DNA of 58,574 nt, counting the filler, from Sphacelaria rigidula (Eukaryota): the NCBI GenBank assembly GCA_964200075.2. It is 10 parts of 10 records of this genome, joined end to end, with 100 filler letters (N's around TTAATTAATTAA, not from the genome) between each part and the next. Parts side by side here need not be neighbours in the genome. Positions count along the whole stretch, not along the records: positions 23,473 to 29,240 come from CAXNAA020024612.1; positions 29,341 to 35,107 come from CAXNAA020024613.1; positions 35,208 to 40,974 come from CAXNAA020024614.1; 7 more parts are not named here. One strand, 5' to 3'. Under the pieces are notes generated by a model. It saw only the letters and a list, made by a program, of their open reading frames with translations. It made no database searches and was not told where the DNA came from. Position 1 is the first letter of the stretch. Every line of letters starts with the position of its first letter. Below are positions 26,301 to 38,500 of this stretch, one piece after another. A program made the translations under genes and the position numbers.

Positions 26301-26809
26301 AACAAATAAGGGGAACGGCGAAATCGCTAGAGGCCATCTGTAGCTCCCGCAGCTCGATAACTTGGTTCCAAATATTCAATATTGGACGATAAAAGCAATC
26401 AAGTACTTCTGTACTGTTGTATCACTCTGTTCTCCACCGGTTCCTGGCGTGAACACTTGCTCATCCAGCTTCATTCATAGCCAGGGGTTTCCTTGTGAGT
26501 ATGCCCCCCACTTCAATCACGTATTCGAAATATGTCTCGTGTCCACGTACTTGGAAGGAAATCCATAAATCGTCTAACCCGACGACGCATAGGAAGATCA
26601 CCACGAGTGTTACCTGTCAGTAACTCTTTACGTTTTCACACTAGCGGGAAAAGGCGGAGTTATGAATACTGGGGGTGGGTAAAGGAAATCATCCTCCTGA
26701 CAGTTTCACAGCAGAAAATATGAGGGCAATGTCCGTCGCGCCGGCCCTTTCTCAACGAATCAGGTGTGCATGACGAGAGCAAACCAAGAGGCGAAATTCA
26801 AAACCCTAC

Positions 26810-27250
26810 CTCCTTTCGCTTGCAGAGCTCCAAATCCCCTCGTCGCGCGGCCGCGTCGCCTTCCCCCTCCTCCCCAGCATCGGCATCATCACGCGAGCTG
26901 CCCCCGCCAGTCCACGAACCCACCGAAGCATGCCCTTTCCCATTTCCGACCGAGCTGGTGCTGCCTACGTTTTCCGCGGACGAGGCCCGCTCCCCGCCTA
27001 TTATATTCGAATTGGCCTCTTTGTCTTCTTCCGCCATCCTTCCGGGGTCATTATTATCCTTTGTACACCCTTTTTCTTGGACTTTGGGAGCTGCAGCTAT
27101 TGCTTCAGAGGCCATGCCCATCACGCCGGCTGTCGAACTCGATGACGATGGCGTTTTGTCCGGAGGCGACAGTAGCGGTGGTGAGGGTGTTTTCGCCTCC
27201 ATATTGCTGCTACTTCCCTCTTTGCCTACCGCTTGTTCACTTGCAGTGAC
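26810..27250 (-). CDS. Internal exon of unidentified gene (low-complexity S/G/E/A-rich, 147 codons)
   Basis: CAG acceptor before 27250 and GAG|GTAGGG donor after 26810, with an open frame between (VTASEQAVGKEG...GDLELCKRKE). Further candidate exons lie at 26091-26186 (phase-compatible, RRVFLISRSGPHQ...), about 27745-27883 and 28064-28123. No recognisable domain. Confidence 0.5.
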
Positions 27251-28647
27251 CTGTTTTGGGGGTAGGGCGACGATTCAGTCGGTACCGAGAACAACGACAG
27301 TTTGTCTCTGATTTGTTGATTTCTTGGGTGCTGGTACATACTGACGATACTGACTGTAATTTTTGTCGTGTGCTCAGGCCCTGAAGTTGCGGAGGTATCA
27401 AATTCACGCGTGTTTTCGAGCTCACCTGTGTTTACAGGTGATACATGAACGGGTCGTTGGTCGAGTAGCACCTCTGCTTATGTGGTGCAACTTCCAACGG
27501 AAAGCCGATGCAACGTGAAGAAGTTTGCCACCTGTACGTAGTCGCCGGTACTAGTTACAAGTACTCACCTCTGCTCTGAAACATAGAATGAATAAATCTT
27601 CGATATTGTGTCGCCATTGCGGTCAAATTTGATCCACGAAAGCCACAGGACAGCTTTTCAAGTTTGGTACAACAAAAAGTAATGCAACGTCGCCAAAATC
27701 GAAACTTGCCCCGGAAACACACTAGATGGGGAGTGAGCCAATACCTGTCACATCGGGAGCTAGTGGATAATCAGGATTCGCGCAGCATGGGCATACCAGC
27801 CTGGAAGGTACCAGCACGCATCGAATACGATCAAGGATGCTGCCATCTGCATTTCCAGACCAGGCGTATGGCAGCGCGGCGCTGAACTCAACTGAACTAC
27901 GGTAATCGTGAGGAGCTGACGTGTTCGTCAAGTGCATTAAAGTCAATATAAAAACGGTCTGGCATGATGAACCTGCTGCGGCACGGGCCACACTACGGTG
28001 GGATTCACATGGTTGCTATGAATAAGGCACGTATCACACGCGGAAGAAGAGGCGAACACTCACCAGAAGACCCAGGCCGCTCATAGAGATAAGACCAGTG
28101 CGCACAAAGCGCGTAGATAACTCCTGAGGGCAGTGTGTACAGCGAGTTCAGAGAGTCGTTTCGAAAGAAAGACTGGCGTTCAATTACGAAAACACGCTCG
28201 CAGCGTTGCCTCCGGCACTGAACAATGCAAATCCACGGCTCTCGAGTTGGAGCTGGACAAAGCAGGTAGAGAGCTTGATCTTATTGCTTGAAGTGAAGAA
28301 GCCGCTCGTCAGTATCTCGTGGCTGGTGGCCCTGTACTGCGTAGTGTATTGGGATCTAGCGATATTCCTCGTTTGGTCGATCTGCGTAGTTCCGTGCTGG
28401 TTCAGTTGCAAGTTGACTTCTTGCTGGTACAGTGCTTGATTTATTTTGATACATATGCCAGGCTTCAGGTACGTATGCTGTATACTATGACTATTTTATC
28501 ACCTTAGATGATTCCGCCACATCTGCTCTGTATGTCCCGTTGGTCGTCATGTCAAGAATAATCATGTGCGCTGGATGGAGCATATCCGCGATTGTCACGG
28601 TCGAGTTTTTGGAATTATCTTGTTCAACGGATTGGAATACTCATTAA

Positions 28648-28747
28648 CCCTTTGACCGCGAGGGTAGATCACCTGCTGAATCAGCATCAATCTCACTTGA
28701 AAAAAGTGTACGTGATCCATGTGGACTACCCGTCGCGGTCTAAAGGG
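28648..28747. mobile_element. piggyBac-type MITE, 100 bp
   Basis: TTAA|CCCTTTGACCGCGAGGGTAG...CTACCCGTCGCGGTCTAAAGGG|TTAA: TTAA TSD, CCC/GGG termini and about 25-bp TIRs. Confidence 0.88.
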
Positions 28748-29819
28748 TTAAGGGTTAAGAGCCCCACATTTTTTTTTGTATGGATGACGCACAAAAAAAG
28801 TACGAGTCGGAATATTACGGGGATAAACGAGAGTGCCCAACAAAAACCTCTGAGACTCTATGTACGCCCCCCCCCCCTCCCCCTCCCCCTCCCCCTCCTC
28901 CTCCGGCGGTCGTAGTCTTTTTTTCTTCTTCACAGTAAGAAACACTCAACAAATAGCCATTTTCGGGAGACTTGGGTGAGGTAGCGCCCATGACTGTTGG
29001 CCCTATCTGCCACCACAACATTGGACGCAAATTGGTGGTGCAGATAGATGCGCTAAGCTCGATTGAGGAAGCATTGCAGATCATTGGGGTGTCTGTCTGG
29101 TCTTGTTCTTGTCGTGGAAGTGTGATGTGCAATGTAGTGCCGGAGCTCATGAATATAACTCGGCCTTAGCTCCGGAGGTATGCGAAGAATTCAAGAATCA
29201 TTAACACGAAGTGTTATTCTTTTATATACTTTTTACTTTTNNNNNNNNNNNNNNNNNNNNNNNNNNNNNNNNNNNNNNNNNNNNTTAATTAATTAANNNN
29301 NNNNNNNNNNNNNNNNNNNNNNNNNNNNNNNNNNNNNNNNCCGACTTTGTAGGGATGCGAGGTCAGTGTTCTTATGACTATGACATGCATAATCATGAGT
29401 ACACCCCCCCCCCTCCCTCCCTTTTCGTAGCATCACTCTTCGCATGAGGTGTACGTCTCCGCCACTGATTGCCTGGGAAAAAAACGGTACTACTAAGGAC
29501 CCGTGCGCGTTTCTAATTGGTCGAGTGCTCGGGTGGGTACCGTTCATGACTTGTGGTTTGACCAGCAGGTAGATTCATGCAGTAGCGAATCTAATACTGC
29601 AGTACCAAGCGCGTTCGAATAAGACGTTGCTGCGTCCAACAACGACTTGAATTGGCATTTGCGCGCATGAAACTTCCCACCTTCTCCCCCTTTCTGAGGG
29701 TGGCGTTGGTTGGCAACAACGCTGAAAGACACGCCATTTTTTTTTCACGACTGGGTATGCGCGCGGTTCTGCGCAAGACCTTCCTTGCATGCCCAAGCCA
29801 TGTGCCAGAGACCGGCCAT

Positions 29820-30035
29820 TTATTTCTTTATTCTTCTTCCCCTTTTCATCTATTCTTCTATTTTTTTGTCACGTCTCATTCTACCATGTTGTTCTGTTGT
29901 ACCTTCTCCATTTCTTCGATTTTCTTGAGCGAGTGTTTCACTTTTGTTTTGTCTCGGGGTGCGTCCATCATGCGACCACGGCTGGATCATGACTGGGGGG
30001 GTCAGTCAAAGTGCGACGAACAATCAAAGCACTCA
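29820..30035 (+). mobile_element. LINE-like 3' end, family X (intronic; related copies at 31040-31262 and 33090-33330)
   Basis: T-rich tract with TCTGTTGTACCTTCT...AGCGAGT.TTTCA.TTTTGTTTTGTCTCG...CCACGGCTGGATC...AAAGTGCGAC, shared with the copy at 33090-33330. Confidence 0.7.
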
Positions 30036-31345
30036 AGTCAACCGTGTAAGCTAGGCAGCCATATTACCCGGGAGGGGGGGGCGGGGGGGAGGGTTCGCTT
30101 TCCTTTCTTTTCGCGGTGACCACGATGGTCGAGCCAGATCATACAGTGCAGCGTTGAAGAACCTCAACTCTGCGCAAAGGTGATGATCGCACTACCTAGT
30201 GCTGAAAATGTGAGACACCCATGAGGTAGTGTGTAACCAGAGGCTGTCTCCGAGAGTGGCGATGCCAGAAAATGAAGCAACTCATCGGCGGCTGTCATCC
30301 ATACGCAAGATAATCAGTAGACTTCGGGCCGAACTGTCTCAGCAGGATGCAGCTCGCCCCTCATGCGACTCGCCGAACACGTGACGGTGCTTCGCGCTTG
30401 GTGGTTGCGAGCCTGCAAAAGTCGGCGTGCTCTGTCCCGGCTTTGCAGGGATGCGAGGTAAATGTTATCATGATTGCGACATGCAAGATCATGAGGATAC
30501 TCCCCCCCCCCTCCCCCCACAATCGCAGGATGTTTTTCTTTGTATCCATATCAAGTGCACGTAGCAAGTTTCTTCTTAGGTAGTCACGGAAGAAGTTGCG
30601 GTAGAGAGTTCTTATGCATCCTCCTGGAACTACTGTAGATTATGCGGTGAGGGGTTCGATAACACAAGGTCCACCCGAAGTTGCGTTTCTTGTGCACTGG
30701 TCAACCACGCGAACGAGGCGGTAGTAGAAGGGGAAAATTACCTTGCCGTAATATAGCTGTGGTCGAAAACCTAGCAACACCCCTTGTGTTCCCTTCAGAT
30801 GAGAAAAGCAAAGTGTTCTCCGTGGTTTACAGAAAAGAGCGAAGACAGCGACACATTACCATTCCATCTTACTGCGAAAAATGAATCCTTGACAGTGAAT
30901 AAAAATGACTGACCGACTATCATGCTGTTAATATATTCTTCGTGTTTTCCCCATAGCATCTGAGTGTGGTTTTGCGCAAGACCTATTTCACCAAGGCCAT
31001 GTTTCAGCGGCACGTTAGTTTGATACATGTACACACGTTCGTCTTCTTTTCTTCGCTTTGTTATTTTTCTTCTCTCTTTTTTTTTCTTTTTCTAGTGCAC
31101 TCTGTCTTTTTTGCCTTAATGCTCTCTTTTCACCTGTCTTCGGGGAGTGTTGACGTTATTTTATTGTTTTTGATCTCGGGTACGTCCATCAATGCGACTA
31201 GGTCTGGATTCCTGAGGGATCAATGAAGGTTCTACAAATCAGTGAATCAATTGATCAATCAGTCTCCCACGCGGTAAACTCTGATCATCAACCTATTTAT
31301 GAATTCGAAGAAAGTATCTACTATGATTGAAGTACTCATTGTACC

Positions 31346-31556
31346 CAGGGCTCTTTACGTTACACGTCACAAAATTCGTTACACGTCACAAGTTAAGCCA
31401 GGCCAGCACCACGGCGGGGGTCTGCACGCTCCCCCACCGTAGTGCTAGCCAGGCCCGACGCTTAATTTGATTCGACTTGACCTTACCCAGGGCTCGGTGT
31501 GTAACGAATTTGGTGACGTGTAACGAAATTTTTCACGTGTAACGTAAAGAGCCCTG
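31346..31556. mobile_element. hAT-type MITE, 211 bp, in an ATPase intron
   Basis: TIRs CAGGGCTCTTTACGTTACACGT and ACGTGTAACGTAAAGAGCCCTG with repeated CGTTACACG motifs. Flanks ATTGTACC and GTTATATC (5/8 match, all differences are transitions). Confidence 0.85.
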
Positions 31557-31566
31557 GTTATATCAC

Positions 31567-31788
31567 CTTGGCGAGCGGATGCTCACTGCCTCTCTCAGCG
31601 CTGGCGACCAGGCGGAGGACATCGTCGTGAAAGTTCGCAGCAGCGGAGCCAACGAGCTTTTTGGAATCAGGGGCTGTTGTATTACCGGACCCGTTGTGCG
31701 GTGAACCTTTGCCCGCGTTGTCGTCGCTGCGCTTGCGTGCCAACGCCTTCCTAAGATCGTCTGACTCCAAATACGCCACTTCGGTCAC
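31567..31788 (-). CDS. P1B-type (Cu+-like) heavy-metal ATPase, N-domain exon
   Basis: 74 codons VTEVAYLES...VLRLVASAERGSEHPLAK containing the SEHP motif. CAG acceptor and AAG|GTGATA donor, phase 0. Confidence 0.9.
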
Positions 31789-32508
31789 CTGCGTTTATGA
31801 GGGTAGGGTTTCGGGGTCTGTTGCTGAAGCATCAACTTGGGCAAGAGCGCGTCCTTTGCATCGCGTGAAATAGTCAACTAAAAGGGTAAAGGGTAGAATT
31901 ATCACGCAGTGTGCACAGGGACCACAGGGACGATGATAATGATGATGATGATAATGATGATGATGATGGTGATGGTGGTAGAGTGATGCCGCAATACCGC
32001 CCCCCGCCCCCCTCCCCTACCCCAAACCAGCCCCAAAACTATCACGAGGAAAATGGCCATGCAACGCATGATCGCTAGTTTCAGACTTCATGAAGCCTCT
32101 CATATGGGCAACATTGGCGACAACGATTGCGAGCATGGGGATTCCCAGCTACTTGGTGTGTTCGGCGTTTGTCAGTTTGGTTTTTACATGTAGGTTTTGC
32201 GTCCTCAAACCAGCCATTCAACTGGGGGGGAACCGATCGCGCCATCACACGGTAATGATCACGACGATGACGACGATGGCGACAATAATAGCGACAGCAG
32301 CCGTAGTAACAGTAGCAACAAAAATAGCAACAAAAACAGAGGGAAAAAAAAGAGAAAAATCGCAACAACAGCAACACCAATACCGATACCAATAGTGCCA
32401 ACAGTGAAAGCAACATTAACAATCGAAAAAGTGAAAAAAAAAATATATATATATATCTATTTTTCATTATTTTCCACACGCTTGGGGATAGCGATGTCAC
32501 GTTCGTAC

Positions 32509-32634
32509 CCTAGGCTTGCCCATGGTGAGCGTCCCAGTCTTGTCGAACACCACCCTCGTCAGTTCCGACACCCTCTGGAGGGCCACCCCTCCCTTGATCA
32601 GGACCCCACGCCCTGCCGCTACCCCCGTTCCAAC
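32509..32634 (-). CDS. P1B-type heavy-metal ATPase, phosphorylation-site exon
   Basis: 42 codons [42 protein letters not shown] containing DKTGT. CAG acceptor and GTACGA donor, phase 0. Confidence 0.95.
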
Positions 32635-34956
32635 CTGCACGCAAGAGGTCCACAGACGGAGCAATATAGGGGCCGAGGGAAATGGCACCGACAGGGAACG
32701 CACGGAAAAAACAACAAAATGGACTTTGTATTTTTCGCGCATCAAGTACTATAGCCAATGAAATGAGTACAAACGGGGAACAAACATGCACACATACCAT
32801 TTACACGCCAATAGGAATGGAAGCAAACAAAGTATAATAGCGAAAAGAGGAAGAAAGGATAAGCAAGCAGTGGCGTGAACAAAGAAAGACCTCCAGATTC
32901 ATCCGAGGAGAAACAAGCGGACAGGAAAAAACTGGGAACTGTCCCTCGTTGGAAAGAGTAGTGCCATGACTCAGTCATCCAGGCATGTAAAGAGTGATTT
33001 GATCCCTGAGCAAACCGAGCTGGTACTTGTAATTTGCCGAATCTCATCATTAGTCGGTCATATGTATGGCCATTTGTAAGTTTCCTCGTTTTTGTTTCCT
33101 TCAATATTTGCCTGTCTTGTTCCTTTCTCTTCTTTTCATTTCCTAGCCTTCTGTTTGTCTGTTGTACCTTTTCTTAGTCTACTATTTGTCTGTTGTACCT
33201 TCTTCTGTTTTTTTCGTCACATCTCTTCAGCGAGTATTTCATTTTTGTTTTGTCTCGACGATGCTATCATGTGGCCACGGCTGGATCCCTCAGGGATGAA
33301 TGAAAGTGCGACAGTAAATCAAATCAACCATGTCCCTCAATTAATGTCCACGTACATTACCAAGCTCGTCAAGATTGCGCTCCCGGTCTTGACAGCCCTT
33401 GCTTCATACAGTACTATACGGGCGTGATCTGAACATCCCCCCCCTCCCCCCCCTCGCCGCCGCATTCCCTTCCCGCCATTGCCCAACAGAAACAAATCAC
33501 CCATACGAATTGCCATCCCCGCCTTCTTCCAATAATATCGTTGACGTATATTTTCGGGTCCCTTCATACTCAGCCTCCCGCGATAATCCACAAGCGGCAA
33601 ACGGCTGTACTCTAGGTGTGTTCACTTCCCTCAGGCCGAACAAACACGTGTTTCTGTCGTTGTTCGTCCATCAGTACAGAACACACAAACCATCGTTATT
33701 CTGCCAAGCGGTAGCGTACTCAGCTGTTGGCTATCTCTGTCGTCGTTGGGCAACAAGCAGTTCCGATACTGCTTTGCTGACTTCAGATGGCTCTGGGAGC
33801 AAGCAGTCAGCCCACGACCCTGTCGAACTGCTCATCCACATCGAATTCCTTTTGCCGATATCTTAGATACTCGGGTATTATTTTGTCAATTGACTGACTG
33901 AATGATCATTTCACCTCAGTGTATCCGTTGCCAACTCAAACATGGTCATTACACTAACGTATCCCCGTGTAAAAGGGAAATACTAGCCCAGATGAAATCC
34001 AGCAGGAAATGTATAACAGGAACAGAAACTTACCGAATCGACAGAAGGATGACGCCAGACTGAAACGTACAGCCAACGTGCTGAGGGTGGGTTACCATAC
34101 CCGGAGTTACCCCGAGTATTCGGGGGGCAACTGCAGCACCCAGTACTGTAGTAGTGTACGGACAGTAATACCTGCCGAAAATCCTGAGTGCGTTCGAGGG
34201 TACCTGTAGTACGAACACCCCCGATACTCGTACCCGTACCTTATCTTCTACCCTCATCATCTCTGAGACAATGAGCTTGCAACGTTCTAGTCCTTGAGAT
34301 ATGGCCCATGCATGCACCAGGCAAATATTGTCAACATAGGTTTCAAGGTCAAATTGATGATGCTACAGGTCCCTCCAAAACAAGCAGCCTTTAACGTAAC
34401 AAAATACGTTATAATAAACGCGTTTTCCTTCCTGGAAAAAGACAGTAAACACAGAACTACAGTAATCACTAATTATTCTTCTACTTCGGTCATGGCCCAA
34501 CGCTAGCATGAAAAACCGGGGGCCATCGGGTTTTTTTTCTGCCGTTCCCAGGAGACAGGGAGTTAGAAACCTTTCGACGTGCACTTCGCTATTTCTAATG
34601 TCGTACAGCACTTTCGAGTTCGCTCCACCTCGCCTCCGCTTCAATACTAACCCTCAAATCAATGCGCCATTAAGGCAATCCGGTGCACGGGTAGGCACCA
34701 AGGTAAGGGTGCCTCCTCCCGCCCTCTCCCCAGGAAGTCTCGGAGTTGAAGGTAAATCATCCCTAACGAGCAAACCTCCTCGCGACTTCCCCCGGCTCGA
34801 CTCTGTACACGCATCACCCTACCCCATCGGGCGTTGGTCCTCAGGGACAATTTCGCTCATGTTTTTTTGAGTGATCAGAACGGCGGACTTCAGAACAGGT
34901 CCGGTCACACCGACATAGCGACCAGAACCACCTCTACCGTAGGGGGGTTTCCTCAC

Positions 34957-35048
34957 CAAGATGGCGGTGGGAGCCGCCAATCCCACGGCGCATGGGCACG
35001 CGATCACCAGCACTGCCAGGGCGAACATGAACGAAAATAGAGCGGGTC
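34957..35048 (-). CDS. P1B-type heavy-metal ATPase, CPC transmembrane exon
   Basis: PALFSFMFALAVLVIACPCAVGLAAPTAIL contains the CPC metal-binding motif. CAG acceptor and GTGAGG donor. It joins in frame to the DKTGT exon. Confidence 0.95.
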
Positions 35049-35572
35049 CTGAACACCGCGGAATGAGCAGACGGAGGATATCGGACGGGCGGTTGGGGGG
35101 AAACCCCNNNNNNNNNNNNNNNNNNNNNNNNNNNNNNNNNNNNNNNNNNNNTTAATTAATTAANNNNNNNNNNNNNNNNNNNNNNNNNNNNNNNNNNNNN
35201 NNNNNNNGCCCCCTACTCTTGCTGAGGCGTACGATCTTCTCAACCTCTGAAGCTAACCTGGGCGATACGTGTGCGTCGTTCAACGGTTTCCCCCTTGCTT
35301 CACTCACGGAAATTGAAAGTCATGCCCAGATAAAATGCGAGTTTGAATCCGCCACTTGCAAACCCGAAGACGAATCCTTGAGAAAATACTACGTATTGCA
35401 GACACGCACAACTTCTTGAGATGTTTCCTCCTACCGCTGTAATCTTACAAGGCCTGCCTACTACGTGAAGTATGCCACGAAAGTGTGATTGTCGCGTCTT
35501 ACTTTTCGAATATCCACGTGTGCAGAAAGTAGCAGGGACGTATCCATTTGTTTCTGCCGATGCGGGTTGCAG

Positions 35573-38500
35573 GTATCAGAGCTGCCGCATTTGTGTGCTG
35601 AAGTGTCGACTGGTGCATTCTGCAGAACAGTGGTGGCACGGGCGACCGTGCCGAACCCCGCAGCGGGGAGCACGATAAAGGTGCGCCGTAGCGTACCGTT
35701 TTATCACGATGTTCCTGTGGCCCTTTACTAAACGCGAGGGCGACGGCTGGGGCGAAACAGACCAGGGAGTCTACAACATGCACACTCCGCGGGACTCAGA
35801 CAGAAAGTATTGAAATGTTTGTGCTTCTCATTGAGAGTTTCGTAGAGCAAGTGAGTTTCCCTCTTGCGAGTCATCTTTCCGGATCGTAGCTGCAAAGGTG
35901 CTTGGATCACACTACTGCCGAAGCACCGTCCGGACAGCTTCGGAGCCTGTCTTGAATCCTCTTGCTCGCGCCCAACGCGGCCCACACCGCGCATGTTTCC
36001 CAGCAAACACCATCTGGACAACACTTCTTTCCGCTATTACTGAGATATCGCGATCGTTCGCTTTCCGCCCCGGGCTTGTTGGCGTTCCTGGGTACCAGAA
36101 CACGTATCGCTGGGAGCTGTTGGAGGGCTCACAGCCCGAAGTCGTAGCGAAGGAAGTCGAAACACAGAAGAAGGTCCTGAGCAATATCATGGTCTCTGCA
36201 AGAGAGCTACGGTTGGCCGGGGATGCGTACGAGCAGGCGTTGCCACTGGGAGCCGTGAAACGAGCTGAGGATATTGTAAAGCGATGTCGCCTGCATGGGG
36301 TGAGGATTGCCTCGGAAGGCAGGACTGGGGTGGGAGACAACGGAACTCCGACGCTCCTTGTTCTTTTACGCCGTTACAAGTAGAGCGTAAAGGTGCTCGA
36401 GCATCCTCACCCGCCATGGAACACTCACTAGTTGTGACAACGCTACAACACTTTCTCACCTCAGCAACGATTGTCGTTCGTGGGAGTATACGCTGAGTCG
36501 AAGTATAATTTTCCGTATGTTGCTGCTTCACGATGCCTGACCATGAGAACACAGCCCAACTCTCAAGCCGTCGGCTGTTATTGATTCTCTGCCCACGCAC
36601 CTGCGCACTCGCCATCAGGTCTTGTACGTAGACGAAGACTTTCCTCCAAGCGACGAGTCTCTAGGACCGTTCCTGAGGGATGCCGTAGCGTGGCGACGCC
36701 CGCGCGACTTTCCCGACGCATTCTCGCCTTCCTCCACCACTCCGACTTCATCGAAAAACTCCACTTCGGGGGGAGGGAGAGCAGAGCCACACCCGGACGA
36801 TGTACGTCCGTGTCCGTTTGCCGCCGACAATTCGTTCCCGTGCGCGATGGCCGCTTTGGCCGAGATACCGTGTCTCGTGAGATCTGCTCTTTGTTGTCAG
36901 GCCGGCCATTGCAGCGATCGAGATTTTCGGGACCCTCGCTATACTTGTCGCGGGTCAAGTCGCGCGACCCGGGACTGGGTTGACGGCGGCGGCAGCGGAA
37001 TTGAACGTAGCGGAGAACATGCTCTAGATGGCAATCATCATGAGGACCAAGACCGGAAACGTGGGATGAGGGATGTGCAGCAGAAACGAGCATCGAATTC
37101 GGCGCGAGCGGTGGCAATGACGAGAGCAAATGCGAAGCGTTTCGCGGACAGGGCAGCGGCGGGTACCTTCGTTGCCCGTTTGTGCGTCGACGGCGTTTGG
37201 GTTGAATATGTCATGGATGACTTTTTCCCTTGTCACCCAGGACATGGCAGCGAGCGTGACGGCATTGCCGAGTCGACCAGTGGCGAAGACAGTCGAGCCG
37301 ATCGCTGCAGTGGACGCGGCGGGCCATGTTTGTCGCGAGCGCAAGGCTCGATGCTTTGGGTTTCGATGCTGGAAAAGGCATACGCGAGAGCCAAGGGTTC
37401 TTACTCTGCCCTGCTCGGCGGATGCCGCGACTTCGTGGAAAGTTCTGGAACGCAGCAAAGGGAGAAACACGAAAAACAGGCCGCGGATTATGTTGCTGGT
37501 GGTGGGAACCGGGACACTCGGGGCGCCGAAAGTGAGTTTTTTCCGGGCGGGATTGTTGCCCGACCCGCAGAGGTCTTGTCGGTCTTCACAGGCACGCCAT
37601 TTTTGCAAATACCGTTGACTCGTCTTGGAAACCGGAGGGCGACCGCGGGGGTGCATGAAGCGATTAGGCGAGGTGTGGACAGCCAAGATGATGTAGCTGC
37701 ACGGCGAGCTATAGCGGAGAAGCTTTGGGAGAGCTTGGCACGTTTGAACTTGACAGAGATATCGATAGCGTCGTGCGCAAAAGTCTGACATGAAGCAACA
37801 TAATTGCAGCTATCATGGGGGATCAGTGGTTTTCCATCAGGCGCTGAGGGACTCAGGTCCCCCTTTGTGCGTGCCAAAGTCCTGAAGAATTGGACATTTT
37901 TATAGCGGTAATGCACGGCGAGGTGTCGCGATGCTGACCTTTCGCGCCTAGCGATTGGACACCAGTGCTGCTTGGTGTTGTGAGTGTCTCGTCCAGGTTT
38001 ATGCGGATATTTGGGGTCTGACCACCTCAGCGAAAAGATTCAAAATCGGTGGAGAGTCTCGTCTTGGTCAGCTAACTTACACTGATTTTGTGTCATTCGT
38101 TTGGCGCTGGCTTTCCATCAGGTCCCCTGGTTACGGGAAGGGTGGTTGGTTTGCCTCAGTACGGCTGCCGTGACTCAGGCCGAAGATCAAGGCGGAGATA
38201 ACTCACAAGAATCAGACAGTGGGACCAACTGGAAGGTGTGACTCGTGCGGTGGCTGCATGGCTCGTAAGGCTGAGAGACTGGAGTAGATTATGAATTTCC
38301 CCCGTGGAGGGAAACTATGTACAGAACGAACATAACAAATCTACGACCATCTACAAAACTTCATCCGCATGACCCACCTTACACGCTGTATATCTAACTT
38401 TCAACACCCCCCTCGAACAGCTCAATAAAAAAAAATATGAATGAGCCCTTCCCCTCCCGCTGCCTCACCATTCTCTCCACTCCCACGACCTTAAGAATGG

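Noticed and set aside
32081..32500. Hydrophobic or low-complexity ORFs
   Set aside because: They come from trinucleotide-rich intronic sequence between ATPase exons.
37024..37791. 255-aa antisense ORF
   Set aside because: It is a shadow of the GC-rich calpain exon on the opposite strand.
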